Positions 19,527 through 28,197 of a stretch of DNA of 64,000 nucleotides are shown here, piece by piece. The position numbers and the translations under genes were made by a program. The DNA lies in assembly GCA_051252375.1 (NCBI GenBank), contig JBPOFY010000006.1, forward strand, positions 64,001-128,000, written 5' to 3'. Source of the DNA: Opitutaceae bacterium. GTDB taxonomy: Bacteria; Verrucomicrobiota; Verrucomicrobiia; Opitutales; Coraliomargaritaceae. Numbering within the stretch: the stretch's first letter is position 1; every line of letters starts with the position of its first letter. The notes under the pieces are model-generated. The model was not told where the DNA came from, made no database searches, and was given only the letters and a program-made list of their open reading frames with translations.

Positions 19527-20095
19527 TCTTCTGGAGTGCGCTTATCATGTAGTTTTTCAACGATGGACTCGATATGCGCGATGATGTCCTCTGTGGAGCT
19601 ATCTTTTGGAAGTGGGGTGGCTTGGTTGAGTGCGCCTGAGAGTTGATCGATCATGCTTTGTAGGAACTGCTTTTTATTTTGAAGTGTTTCTAGGTTTTCC
19701 GTCTCCCAATATTCGCCCTCATCAGTCACTTCTAAATCGCTGAGCATATGCTTTTTGAGATAGCGGAGGAGACCGATGATCCAGACATGTGTTTCAATGG
19801 CAGCAAACTGTGTCTTGGTGGCGGTATAGTATGAGTATTCCGTAGGCTCGATTTGATCTGTGATGAGATCCATGAGGGCGCGGAGTCGTCCTTTACGGTC
19901 AAAGATGAAGCAGAGCGGTTCGCAGTCTCCCTTTGGATTAACGATGATCCCTCGAAACGCTGGGTCGATTTCATCGTCATTTATTCGCTGCGACATCCAA
20001 TCCATTGAATCGGCAATGTCCTCCAATTCATCGACGAATTTCGGGATGTCCTCAACTCGATCAATCCCACCTTTGTAGTGTATGCTTAGCCCCAT
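19520..20095 (-). CDS. hypothetical protein
   Basis: 191-aa ORF with MGLSIHYKG, KTQFA and DEGEYWET, which look like a conserved uncharacterised family. Confidence 0.8.
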   Translation of the reverse strand: MGLSIHYKGGIDRVEDIPKFVDELEDIADSMDWMSQRINDDEIDPAFRGIIVNPKGDCEPLCFIFDRKGRLRALMDLITDQIEPTEYSYYTATKTQFAAIETHVWIIGLLRYLKKHMLSDLEVTDEGEYWETENLETLQNKKQFLQSMIDQLSGALNQATPLPKDSSTEDIIAHIESIVEKLHDKRTPEDS

Positions 20096-20172
20096 GGTTT
20101 ATGATTGGGCATTGGTTTGATCGAAAACTCAATGATGATAATATTTCCGCAGGAGCGGGGGGAGGAGGTGGG

Positions 20173-20236
20173 GAACATCGAACGTGGAACGTCCAACGTT
20201 GAACATTGAATGATTATGAGGTGGCGATCTTATGAA
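20173..20236 (+). repeat. heptamer-based direct repeat, copy 2
   Basis: Matches 19463-19526. Confidence 0.8.
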
Positions 20237-20243
20237 AGGGCAC

Positions 20244-20270
20244 AAAAAAGCCCCGATTTCTCGGGGCTTT
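20244..20270. terminator. intrinsic terminator, possibly bidirectional
   Basis: aaagccccga-tttc-tcggggcttt hairpin with A/T tails. Confidence 0.75.
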
Positions 20271-20523
20271 AAAAAATGGGATCTATCAGTCGTTTCGCTG
20301 CAAATGCTTTGCCGGAATGGCTTTTCAGGTATGCCTCAAAGGCGAGGGCTTTGTTTTTCTCAGGAAAGGCGGAATAGTGCAGCAGTTCCCAGGGGGTGAA
20401 TTTTTTGGTGTGAGAACTATTACCCGAATTGTGTTCGGCGATTCTCCGCTGCAGGTCTGCGGTATAGCCTACGTAAGTCTGATTTGTGTCTGAGGTAGAG
20501 CGCAAGATGTAGACGTAGTGCAT
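20269..20523 (-). CDS. small GIY-YIG nuclease
   Basis: HYVYILRS..YVGYTADLQRRIAEHN..FEAYLKS; start set at ATG 20523. Confidence 0.88.
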   Translation of the reverse strand: MHYVYILRSTSDTNQTYVGYTADLQRRIAEHNSGNSSHTKKFTPWELLHYSAFPEKNKALAFEAYLKSHSGKAFAAKRLIDPIF

Positions 20524-20563
20524 GCTGATTAGGCTAGGGTCTTTTTGATGAAATCGAAGCAAA

Positions 20564-20789
20564 AAACCTAAAAACAAAAATGCCCGGCACGTCTACGCTC
20601 TTTGAGCTACGCCGTGCACGCATCTATTACGCTAAGATGGCTGCGCCATGCGTAGCCTATAAGGCGAAGCAGAAACCTAAAAACAAAAATGCCCGGCGTC
20701 GTCCTGCAAATGCAGAACTATGCCGGACACCATGCTCGCATCTTATACGCTAAGATGGCTGCGCCATGCGTAGCCTATAAGGCGAAGCA
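20564..20789. repeat. tandem duplication of about 110-120 bp adjoining the att site
   Basis: 44-bp identical blocks at 20628-20671 and 20746-20789; 25-bp blocks at 20564 and 20673. Confidence 0.85.
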
Positions 20790-20814
20790 TGGTGGAGGTG
20801 GCGGGAGTCGAACC
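20789..20814 (-). repeat. att site (displaced tmRNA 3' end)
   Basis: atggtggaggtggcgggagtcgaacc, identical to 43290-43315. Confidence 0.95.
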
Positions 20815-21003
20815 GGATTGAAGATTTCCTAATGATTCACTTTAGTTCCTTTAAGTTCTTTTAATGAGTAACTTGCGGAATTATGGAGCTGCGGTGAAAT
20901 GTCGTGAAATGACGCTTTTTGAAGTCAAATCTGCAACTTTCCTGCAACTTTCAGGTGGCGGGATATGACCCCGCTTGGCTGATCTGATTTGATTTTCCGA
21001 AAA

Positions 21004-21498
21004 TTACCCGTTCCAATCCAGTAGTCGCCTCTCAATTTCTCTCTTGGGTAAGCGTGGGTTCTTCTCGCTGAGCTGGCTCAATTTGTCATGGGCATCTGAA
21101 CGAGAGAGTAGGTTGACGCTTACCAATTGGTCAAAGACCCAAAGGATGCCGCAAACTTCCACGCTAGCGCTTTCAGCAGTCTTTCGTAGTTTGCCGTCTC
21201 CTGTTAGCAAAGATGCTTCACGTTCTTCAGCTAGCTTCAACACCGAGCGATCTGGCACGCTTAGGCCTGGAAGGTCTAATGTTTGTAATCTAAGGTAGTC
21301 AAAGGTGCCGATTTCAACGACGCGAAGTGCTTCCTGTGCGACCATCGCTTTACAGACTCTCTTTTGCCTGGTTTCGTTGATTTCGTTTAACACCAGTGAA
21401 GTCGTGATGACCTCAAGCTCTAGGCGAAAGAAGAGCTCAAAAAGGCCACAATTAATCAGATCGATCATGATGTTAGCATCTTGAACGACGAGCCTCAT
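21004..21498 (-). CDS. PIN-domain protein
   Basis: VVQDANIMID, LSVPD, LLTGDGKLR. Confidence 0.85.
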   Translation of the reverse strand: MRLVVQDANIMIDLINCGLFELFFRLELEVITTSLVLNEINETRQKRVCKAMVAQEALRVVEIGTFDYLRLQTLDLPGLSVPDRSVLKLAEEREASLLTGDGKLRKTAESASVEVCGILWVFDQLVSVNLLSRSDAHDKLSQLSEKNPRLPKREIERRLLDWNG

Positions 21499-22577
21499 GC
21501 AACAATCAGTGTGTCTTTTAGAAATGCGTGATAAGGCACATCGAGCAGAGAGGCGGCCTTGCTGCCAGTGATGACTTCCTCCGCGAAGCTCCTCAGTGCG
21601 AGCTGACGAAACCGCTGCGGACGCTCGGCCATGGCGTAAGCCCCTGGCTCATTTTTCTTAAAGCCGCGTTCATTCAGATTAATGCTAAAGCGACGGTGAC
21701 CGTCTTCTGATAGAATCTTTAAATCTTTGGCTCGATAGGCGATCGCAGCGATCGACATGCCCCATTCCTCCTTCAGGCTAATCAGTTCTTGCAGGGTGGA
21801 ATGGCGCCGGCGTTCCCCGAAGTTGCTTTTGAAAGCGTCCGCTGGAAACAGCATGGCCGAGGCGAAGCGATTACACAGCCTTTCGACCTCTTTGGTCTCA
21901 ACGCCTTCTGGTATCTGCAGAAGCAAATGCCCCAACTCGTGCAACAGGGTGAAACGCAGTCGGCAGGTGTCACGAACATTTCGGTTCACCAGCATAAAGG
22001 GAATGTTGCCTGCCCAGGCGGCCAAGCCGTCGAAGCTTTCTGGCGCCTCCGCTTCTAGGACTCGAATACCACGCTCTTCCAGCATTTCGACCACTTGCGG
22101 GATCGGATTGCCACCCAGATCCCAGGCGTCGCGAATTCGTTCCGCGGCCACTTCAACATCGGCAACGGATTCGATGCGTAGCCCTTCCAAAGGGTTTTTA
22201 ATGGTGGTCGAGGCTCCAGCGATCGATTCCAACTCCAAGTAGCGATCCAAGCCCAACTGAGCTTGCTGTAATAGCGCCGCTTCCTCCCTTACCTTGAGCT
22301 TCGACTTACGCTTACGAAACTCAGGCTGAGTGATTTCAGCCCGGATCGGCTCGAATAAGAAATCCAGCCGCACATTGAGCACCGAGGCCAATGCTTGCAA
22401 CACGGGCATCTCAGGCAGTCCATTGCCTTTCCCTTTTTCCCAGTTGCTCAGGGTCTGGTAACTCACCGCTTTCTCTAGGTGCTCAGAGAGCGCACGCAGC
22501 GATAGGCCCGACATCTTACGTGCCCCTTTCAATCGCTGCGGAAAATGATTCCAAAATTCTGCCTCCATATTCATCAT
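21495..22577 (-). CDS. XRE-HTH + ImmA/IrrE zinc metallopeptidase
   Basis: N-terminal HTH; RLRFTLLHELGH; ERLCNRFASAMLFP. Confidence 0.9.
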   Translation of the reverse strand: MMNMEAEFWNHFPQRLKGARKMSGLSLRALSEHLEKAVSYQTLSNWEKGKGNGLPEMPVLQALASVLNVRLDFLFEPIRAEITQPEFRKRKSKLKVREEAALLQQAQLGLDRYLELESIAGASTTIKNPLEGLRIESVADVEVAAERIRDAWDLGGNPIPQVVEMLEERGIRVLEAEAPESFDGLAAWAGNIPFMLVNRNVRDTCRLRFTLLHELGHLLLQIPEGVETKEVERLCNRFASAMLFPADAFKSNFGERRRHSTLQELISLKEEWGMSIAAIAYRAKDLKILSEDGHRRFSINLNERGFKKNEPGAYAMAERPQRFRQLALRSFAEEVITGSKAASLLDVPYHAFLKDTLIVA

Positions 22578-22612
22578 TTGACAAAATTCGCTCTATTTGT
22601 GGATTTTGTCAA
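22578..22612. promoter_or_regulatory. 10-bp inverted repeat operator/promoter abutting the XRE-IrrE start
   Basis: ttgacaaaat-N15-attttgtcaa; both arms contain TTGACA. Confidence 0.6.
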
Positions 22613-22691
22613 CCAATCGTCTCATTATTAGATACTTACAGAACTAGATTTTTCACGAAATCGCCTATTTAGTGCACCTAGTTGACTTGTG

Positions 22692-22707
22692 CCACTATAT
22701 ATAGTGG
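22692..22707. promoter_or_regulatory. perfect 16-bp palindrome resembling an NrdR box
   Basis: ccactatatatagtgg. Confidence 0.45.
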
Positions 22708-22797
22708 TTCATCCCTTGACATTTTGGTGCACGATGTTTTTATGAGCACTAGTTCGCCACCAAAGGCGAATCTTGGAAAGGAGACTGACAAACAACA

Positions 22798-22923
22798 ATG
22801 AGTTCAAAAGCGAAAAGCTACAGGAGCGCCATCACTGGACAGTATGTGACTAAGGCGAAGGCTACCAGAAGCCCGAAAACCACCGTCGCAGAGAGTCGCA
22901 CTAGTTGTAAGCGCAAAAAATAA
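22798..22923 (+). CDS. 41-aa basic microprotein (RSAxTGx[YF]V..A...PKTTV.E type), not in the ORF track
   Basis: MSSKAKSYRSAITGQYVTKAKATRSPKTTVAESRTSCKRKK; aaaggag at 22777-22783. Confidence 0.7.
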   Translation: MSSKAKSYRSAITGQYVTKAKATRSPKTTVAESRTSCKRKK

Positions 22924-23021
22924 GGCCATCCGTAGCGGTAACTACGTATGACCTTGTTTGAAAACTCGCAAGAGCTGGTGGGAATTCTCACCAGCTCTTT
23001 TTCTTTGTTCAATACTAAAAA

Positions 23022-24011
23022 TCAACCCGCTGGCCAGAGCACTTTGATCAACGGTAGCAAGGTTCGTGCTTCCGTATCGAAACGATCATAGTGCGTCTCG
23101 ATCAGCCGGGCGAAGCCGTCCAGGTCGAGTAGGGTTAGCGGTATGTTCGACCGCTCAGCCTCATAGCGCGCCTCTCGTGTGAAACCTCCCGTAGAAAGGT
23201 AGATCCCCCGATCGCCCTGTCGTAAGACACTGATAAAACTCCGAACCTCTTGAGAGCCAATCGAAGTATTCTTGCGGTGCTTCACTTCCGCTTTGATTCG
23301 CGGTTCCTGTAGTCCGAGCCCATCGGGTGACGCTATCACGTCCACGCCTCTATCTGGTCCCACGGGGCTCACCGTAGCCTTAAAGCCCATCGCTCGCAGT
23401 AGACCCGCTAGCAATTCTTCCATCTCCTGGTCATCGAGTCGCACAATCTTATCTTTAACGCGCTCGCGGGCGTTTTCCTGTAGTGACCGCTTCGACTCCT
23501 CGCTCACTTCATCTTCGCTCTGAATCTCATCGCTTTCGTTAGCCGGCTTGCCCTCAAGTGCCGCTTGGACGTCCATCAATATTTCATCGGTTAAGCGAAA
23601 TAGAGTCAACGTGCTCCCTAAGCTGTTTCGGGTGGCAAGTTTCAGATCGTCCCTTGCGACCTGCTTGTCCTGCCATGTGACTTTGCGTCGGTGTGGCAGT
23701 TCGTCGTCCGATGCTTCGTAATAATAATCACTGGCAATTTCGCCCACCATGTATTTCCGTGTGCTAGGGTCATAGGTCAGCACCCCGTCTCCCTTTTTAA
23801 TTTCGTTTGCGAAACGATGGAGCATACCAACATCCCCGTTCGCCCTCGGCCCATTGATCTCCGGATTCCGAGCCTTATAAGCCTCTCGAATCCCTTCGCG
23901 GTCGTTCCCGCTCAGATCTTGCGGTGTCCCGAATCCAATCGCGACAAGGCCGGATTCGAACATTTCAATATAATCGCCGCCTCCAGAGCGGACCATCCAT
24001 GCGTTTTTCAT
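23022..24011 (-). CDS. Mrr-family (type IV) restriction endonuclease
   Basis: WMVRSG N-terminal domain; GPDRGVDV..EVKHR; STGGFT. Confidence 0.88.
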   Translation of the reverse strand: MKNAWMVRSGGGDYIEMFESGLVAIGFGTPQDLSGNDREGIREAYKARNPEINGPRANGDVGMLHRFANEIKKGDGVLTYDPSTRKYMVGEIASDYYYEASDDELPHRRKVTWQDKQVARDDLKLATRNSLGSTLTLFRLTDEILMDVQAALEGKPANESDEIQSEDEVSEESKRSLQENARERVKDKIVRLDDQEMEELLAGLLRAMGFKATVSPVGPDRGVDVIASPDGLGLQEPRIKAEVKHRKNTSIGSQEVRSFISVLRQGDRGIYLSTGGFTREARYEAERSNIPLTLLDLDGFARLIETHYDRFDTEARTLLPLIKVLWPAG

Positions 24012-24103
24012 AGTGTTGATTCGGTTGTTAAGTGTCTGATCTGGATCCCGGCGGGTGTGCCCTCGGGCAGAAAGACTTGGAGTGCTTTTGGGGTAGGTTT
24101 CAT
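24008..24103 (-). pseudogene. 5' fragment of a DUF4357/GIY-YIG-like gene, copy 1 (31-aa mini-ORF)
   Basis: MKPTPKALQVFLPEGTPAGIQI; about 65-bp repeat of 25043-25107; stop overlaps the Mrr ATG (ATGA). Confidence 0.65.
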
Positions 24104-24165
24104 CTGTATTTGCTCAATCTTTATATTATGCGTTCGACCACGTTCTCTCCCATATATCAAAACTT

Positions 24166-24972
24166 CTAGGTCAACTGTTCCCAGACACCTTGATCAAATG
24201 CAGTCTTTTTTATGAGTGCTTCAAGTTGCGATTTCGCTTTGTTTGGAGAGCTTTTCCATAGGCTATATAGCGTAGGCACATCAGGCTCACTTATTGATGT
24301 ATGAGCGTCATGTTGTTTAAGCCATAAGTTAAACCGTTCCTTGGAACTGTAATAGTCGTTTTCTGCTTTAATTTTAGAAATTACACGTTCGTCCGCATTT
24401 GACTGCCCGAGAACCTTGATCGCTTTATTTAATTCAAGGAGCAGATCCGTTCGTCCATCCGTGAATAGATCGTTAGCAAATAAAATAATCTTTTGGTTGT
24501 TCCCGAAATGTAATTTCAGGAATTCATCAACAATTGCTTTCGCTATTTCATTAATGTTATCAAAATCCTTGGTATTGAGCATATATGCCTTGTAGGTATA
24601 TGCTAGTTTCTTGGAGTATTTAGTTAACTTAGCAGCAGCTTCGTCTAAACTTGGATGGTATTTGATCGCGACCTCCCAATCTTCATCTAGAGGGTCAATT
24701 GTGTTATGCGTGCCAAAGTCATCGTTTACAAAATCATAGCCACTTTGCCCCTTTGAGCCTCGTTCTCTGTCGTATTCCAATTTTTTAGCTGTATTTGAAA
24801 GTGTCTCATACGCTTCATTTATATCGGCCATTTTTTCGGCTATATTCGCTCGTCCGGCATAAGTGTCTGGATGGTAACGCTTCGAAAGTGCCCGATATGC
24901 TGCTTTAATGACGATAATCTCTGCACTCGGTAAAACCCCAAGGGTTTCATAATAATCTTTTTCAATATTCAT
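24166..24972 (-). CDS. J-domain (DnaJ-like) protein
   Basis: DYYETLGV..AAYRAL..YHPD..INEAYETLS; AT-rich. Confidence 0.85.
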   Translation of the reverse strand: MNIEKDYYETLGVLPSAEIIVIKAAYRALSKRYHPDTYAGRANIAEKMADINEAYETLSNTAKKLEYDRERGSKGQSGYDFVNDDFGTHNTIDPLDEDWEVAIKYHPSLDEAAAKLTKYSKKLAYTYKAYMLNTKDFDNINEIAKAIVDEFLKLHFGNNQKIILFANDLFTDGRTDLLLELNKAIKVLGQSNADERVISKIKAENDYYSSKERFNLWLKQHDAHTSISEPDVPTLYSLWKSSPNKAKSQLEALIKKTAFDQGVWEQLT

Positions 24973-24975
24973 CGA

Positions 24976-25107
24976 TCAATAGAAACTATGGATTTCGAAT
25001 GTGTGCGCGGCACGAAGATCGCTTGCACGGTCCGCGTCGTCAATTTGAATCCCGGCGGGCGTGCCTTCGGGGAGAAAGACTTGGAGGGTTTTTGGGGTGG
25101 GTTTCAT
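24976..25107 (-). pseudogene. 5' fragment of a DUF4357/GIY-YIG-like gene, copy 2 (frameshifted)
   Basis: MKPTPKTLQVFLPEGTPAGIQI, then LTTRTVQAIFVPR in another frame. Confidence 0.65.
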
Positions 25108-25190
25108 TTTCTCAGCAAACTAAGGTTTAGTGTAAATATTTTTTATGTCCCTTCGCACCAAGTGGCTGAACGGTCGCATTTGTATAGGGC

Positions 25191-25664
25191 TCACTCACAT
25201 ATTTTGAAGGCCGACAAAATAATGAACCCCACCATCACTATCGAAACTAGCAAATAGAACAGAAGAGGACCAATGCTATGATTGAATGCTGCTGGAACTG
25301 CTCGCTTGATCACTTGGCTTAGTTCTACTTCGCTTTGGCTAATTCTTTGCTCGACCCTTATGATTTCTTTTACGGCTCCATGCAGGAGTCGATTGTAATA
25401 TAGCAAGTCTAGGCAACAAATACTGATCCATGCAATTAGCATGGCTATGAATGCATACAGCATGATGTTCCAATCAACTGTTTTGCCCCCCGAACCTAAT
25501 CCGAAAGCAAGCAGTGTTGGAATTGCCGCAATGCCAGCTAAAGACTGTAAACGCAAGCGGGCGAGCAGATCGTTAAAGTGCATTGTGATGTCTTCACAGT
25601 CTTTCCAGTATTTATAAAGACGATCTTCGCATTCAACGTTTGTTTCTTTGGTCTCAGAACTCAT
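25191..25664 (-). CDS. small multi-TM hypothetical protein
   Basis: About three hydrophobic segments; 6 bp downstream of the RM helicase gene. Confidence 0.75.
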   Translation of the reverse strand: MSSETKETNVECEDRLYKYWKDCEDITMHFNDLLARLRLQSLAGIAAIPTLLAFGLGSGGKTVDWNIMLYAFIAMLIAWISICCLDLLYYNRLLHGAVKEIIRVEQRISQSEVELSQVIKRAVPAAFNHSIGPLLFYLLVSIVMVGFIILSAFKICE

Positions 25665-25670
25665 AATTAA

Positions 25671-28193
25671 TTACGCGTTATACTCCGCAGGCTCTTCCTC
25701 AAATACCCGCATCGCCTCGAAGTCTTCTGGGGATACGACCGTATCGAATCCACCGATGTCTTCACCCTTGTGCTTGTCGATTCCAGTATAGCTGAGGCTC
25801 GCATCTTCGTAGCGCTTAAACTTGAAAACGGCATCGTTCATCAGCGGCCCATTGAAGACGCCGAGACTTACAAGTAGCTCAAAGTCTTTCACTGATAGGT
25901 TCGTCACCTTTTTGAAGAGTCCAGGTTCTAGCTGAGTAATCACATCCTTTAACGAGCGCTCTCGGTAGTCGGTCAGATACATAAAGACAGGAATTCGCGT
26001 CGCAAATTTGATCAGCTTCTCCTGCACCTGTTTTCGTAAGCTCTTCACCTCTTTTTCTTCGTCGGTCAGCTCTTTCTTTTCCTTCTTTGTCATGTCTTCG
26101 TCGTTAGCGTCTTTTTTCGCTTTTTTGACCGACTCTGATTTGTTGATGATGGTTTCGAGGTCTTGGTTTAGGCTGCGGAAACCTTCGATGTTCATAAGCG
26201 CTTCCATCGCATCTGGGTTGCTCATCAGCCGTTGCAGCGTGCTGTTGTCGACGTTCACCAGCAGCGCACTTTCCCAGCGCTTGGCTAGGAGTGTCGCGGT
26301 CGTGCCGCTCATTGCCATGTCCAGAATGCCCGCTGCGTCGATCTGCTTCATCGAGCTGCCGTCATAGGCAAGCACGGGCAGGAATTTAATGAACTCTTCG
26401 ACCTTCTTCTCCGGGTTGTTCTCATCCACATTTAAGCGGCAACTGTAATCAGCAATCTGCCTCAAGGCACGATTCGGAGCGAAGTCGAAGACGTAGCACT
26501 CTTCCTTAATTACCACTTCCTTATTCGGATCGTCTCCTTCAGGGTTCCGCACGCTCCACGGTGTTTGCACCCGGAATGCTGCCTGAAAGTAAGTCTCAGG
26601 GCTGGATGAATTACGTAGCATGAAAATGCCCGTCCACGGCTTTACAGATACTCCTGTAGTTAGCTTCCCACAGCTAAGCGTTATCGTCTTCGAGTGTAGC
26701 GGATCACGCATCTTATCCTGGACGGGGGGCAGGGCGGCTGCGCCGATCCCCGCGCTTGTTCCGGCGCAGACAATCACCTGGTAGTCATGATAGAAGGTGT
26801 TCTGCCTTTCCGCTATCAAATTGCGCATTGCATGGCAGGCGGCCACATTCGGCAAGAACCAGAAAGTGTGGTTCAACACACTTAGCAGCGGCGCATGGGA
26901 GAACGGCAAAGGTGGCTTCTTTGCGCCCATTTTTAGATTGTCCACCGCAGTCTCCGAAAAGCTTCCGCGAATCATATCAAGCCACTTCTGGACTTCGTCC
27001 TTATATTCAAATTCAGCCAGTGCGCCGTCACCGTTGGCTTTGAAGAAGACATTCAGATCAAACTCGTCAAACTCGCCCTCCATCGCGATCTCGCGGATCG
27101 AGTCGGGCAGCTGGTAAGTCATCAGCACCATTCGGGGCAGTGCGATGTAAGGATTTTTTTCGCCGTCCCACTCCTCTTTGGCTTTTTGCTCGTCGGAGTA
27201 AGTCCAGTTGAAGATTTGCTCTTCAATGAACTCGCCCGATCCGATCGCTCGAAACGGTGTGCCCGAAAGATAGAGGTAAGCATCCGTCGTGATCGGCATC
27301 AGCTCTTCATCGAAGTCTTCGATGCCTTCACCTTCGCCAAATTCGAGCTCCTTCTTGCCTTCGGCTTCAAAGAGTTCCTTTGCATTCTCACGCCAGGATC
27401 CGAAATGGTATTCGTCTAAGATGACGCAGTCCCAGTTTGTCGTGTGCACCCATTCGTTCTTGGTTTTGATGCCGCCTGTGCTCTTATTTTTACCGAGAAA
27501 ATCTTGGAACGACCCGAAGCACACGAAAGGCTTTGATGTGTCGGTGTCTTCGTAGCTTTGTCCATCTTTTGAGATAAACTGCCAACCTTCGAAGTCGACG
27601 TGAGTCTTGAGGTCTTCTTCCCATGCGCTGACCACTGCGGGCTTGAAGGTCAGCACGAGCACTTTCTTCCAGCCCATTTCTTGCGCAAGTTTGTAGCTGG
27701 CGAAGGTTTTGCCAAATCGCATTTTTGCATTCCATAGAAAGTGGGGCGTTTTCCCGTCTTGCTCAGCATGTTGTGAGCGGAAGTAGTCGGCCGCCTTGCT
27801 CACCGCTGCCGATTGCTCTGGCCGCATCCCGAAGCTCTGGCTTCGGTTTTCTGTGTTTAACTTATCCTCAGTGACGGCCAGCACAGCCGCCTGGACGTCC
27901 TCAAGGGTGCACTCAAACCATTCGCCGTCTGGATTGTTAAAGCCCAGCTTCCTTAAATGACGGTGCACGTCATGGTCAGCAAATACGGACCCGTCATTGC
28001 GCATCGCAGGCTCCTCAAGGAGGATTTCATAATCCAAGCCAGCGGTCTTTAGCTGCTCGGCCACGCGAGTTTTTGCGTCGCGGCTAGTGAAGCCTACTTT
28101 TATGCGATCTTGGTGCCCGTCGACACCTTTGATCTTGTATGCGTAGATCGTCGGCTTCGATTTGGGGCGAGGTGGGAAAAAGTCTTTTGGCAT
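25671..28193 (-). CDS. restriction subunit: GIY-YIG/T5orf172 nuclease + SF2 helicase
   Basis: IYAY..IKVGFTSR; WNAKMRFGKT; ILDEYH; LSGTP. Confidence 0.85.
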   Translation of the reverse strand: MPKDFFPPRPKSKPTIYAYKIKGVDGHQDRIKVGFTSRDAKTRVAEQLKTAGLDYEILLEEPAMRNDGSVFADHDVHRHLRKLGFNNPDGEWFECTLEDVQAAVLAVTEDKLNTENRSQSFGMRPEQSAAVSKAADYFRSQHAEQDGKTPHFLWNAKMRFGKTFASYKLAQEMGWKKVLVLTFKPAVVSAWEEDLKTHVDFEGWQFISKDGQSYEDTDTSKPFVCFGSFQDFLGKNKSTGGIKTKNEWVHTTNWDCVILDEYHFGSWRENAKELFEAEGKKELEFGEGEGIEDFDEELMPITTDAYLYLSGTPFRAIGSGEFIEEQIFNWTYSDEQKAKEEWDGEKNPYIALPRMVLMTYQLPDSIREIAMEGEFDEFDLNVFFKANGDGALAEFEYKDEVQKWLDMIRGSFSETAVDNLKMGAKKPPLPFSHAPLLSVLNHTFWFLPNVAACHAMRNLIAERQNTFYHDYQVIVCAGTSAGIGAAALPPVQDKMRDPLHSKTITLSCGKLTTGVSVKPWTGIFMLRNSSSPETYFQAAFRVQTPWSVRNPEGDDPNKEVVIKEECYVFDFAPNRALRQIADYSCRLNVDENNPEKKVEEFIKFLPVLAYDGSSMKQIDAAGILDMAMSGTTATLLAKRWESALLVNVDNSTLQRLMSNPDAMEALMNIEGFRSLNQDLETIINKSESVKKAKKDANDEDMTKKEKKELTDEEKEVKSLRKQVQEKLIKFATRIPVFMYLTDYRERSLKDVITQLEPGLFKKVTNLSVKDFELLVSLGVFNGPLMNDAVFKFKRYEDASLSYTGIDKHKGEDIGGFDTVVSPEDFEAMRVFEEEPAEYNA

Positions 28194-28197
28194 ATGC

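Noticed and set aside
20789..20814. tRNA gene
   Set aside because: Only the 3' acceptor/T-arm fragment of tmRNA is present (att site)
22818..23012. 64-aa minus-strand ORF
   Set aside because: TTG start and antisense to the better-supported 41-aa plus-strand ORF; not fully excluded
7885..25700. Shared E-[PA]-x-x-x-Y-like motif in HigA (EPQGEY), the DUF2075 linker (EAPGDY) and the RM helicase tail (EPAEY)
   Set aside because: Short, low-information motif; significance cannot be established by eye
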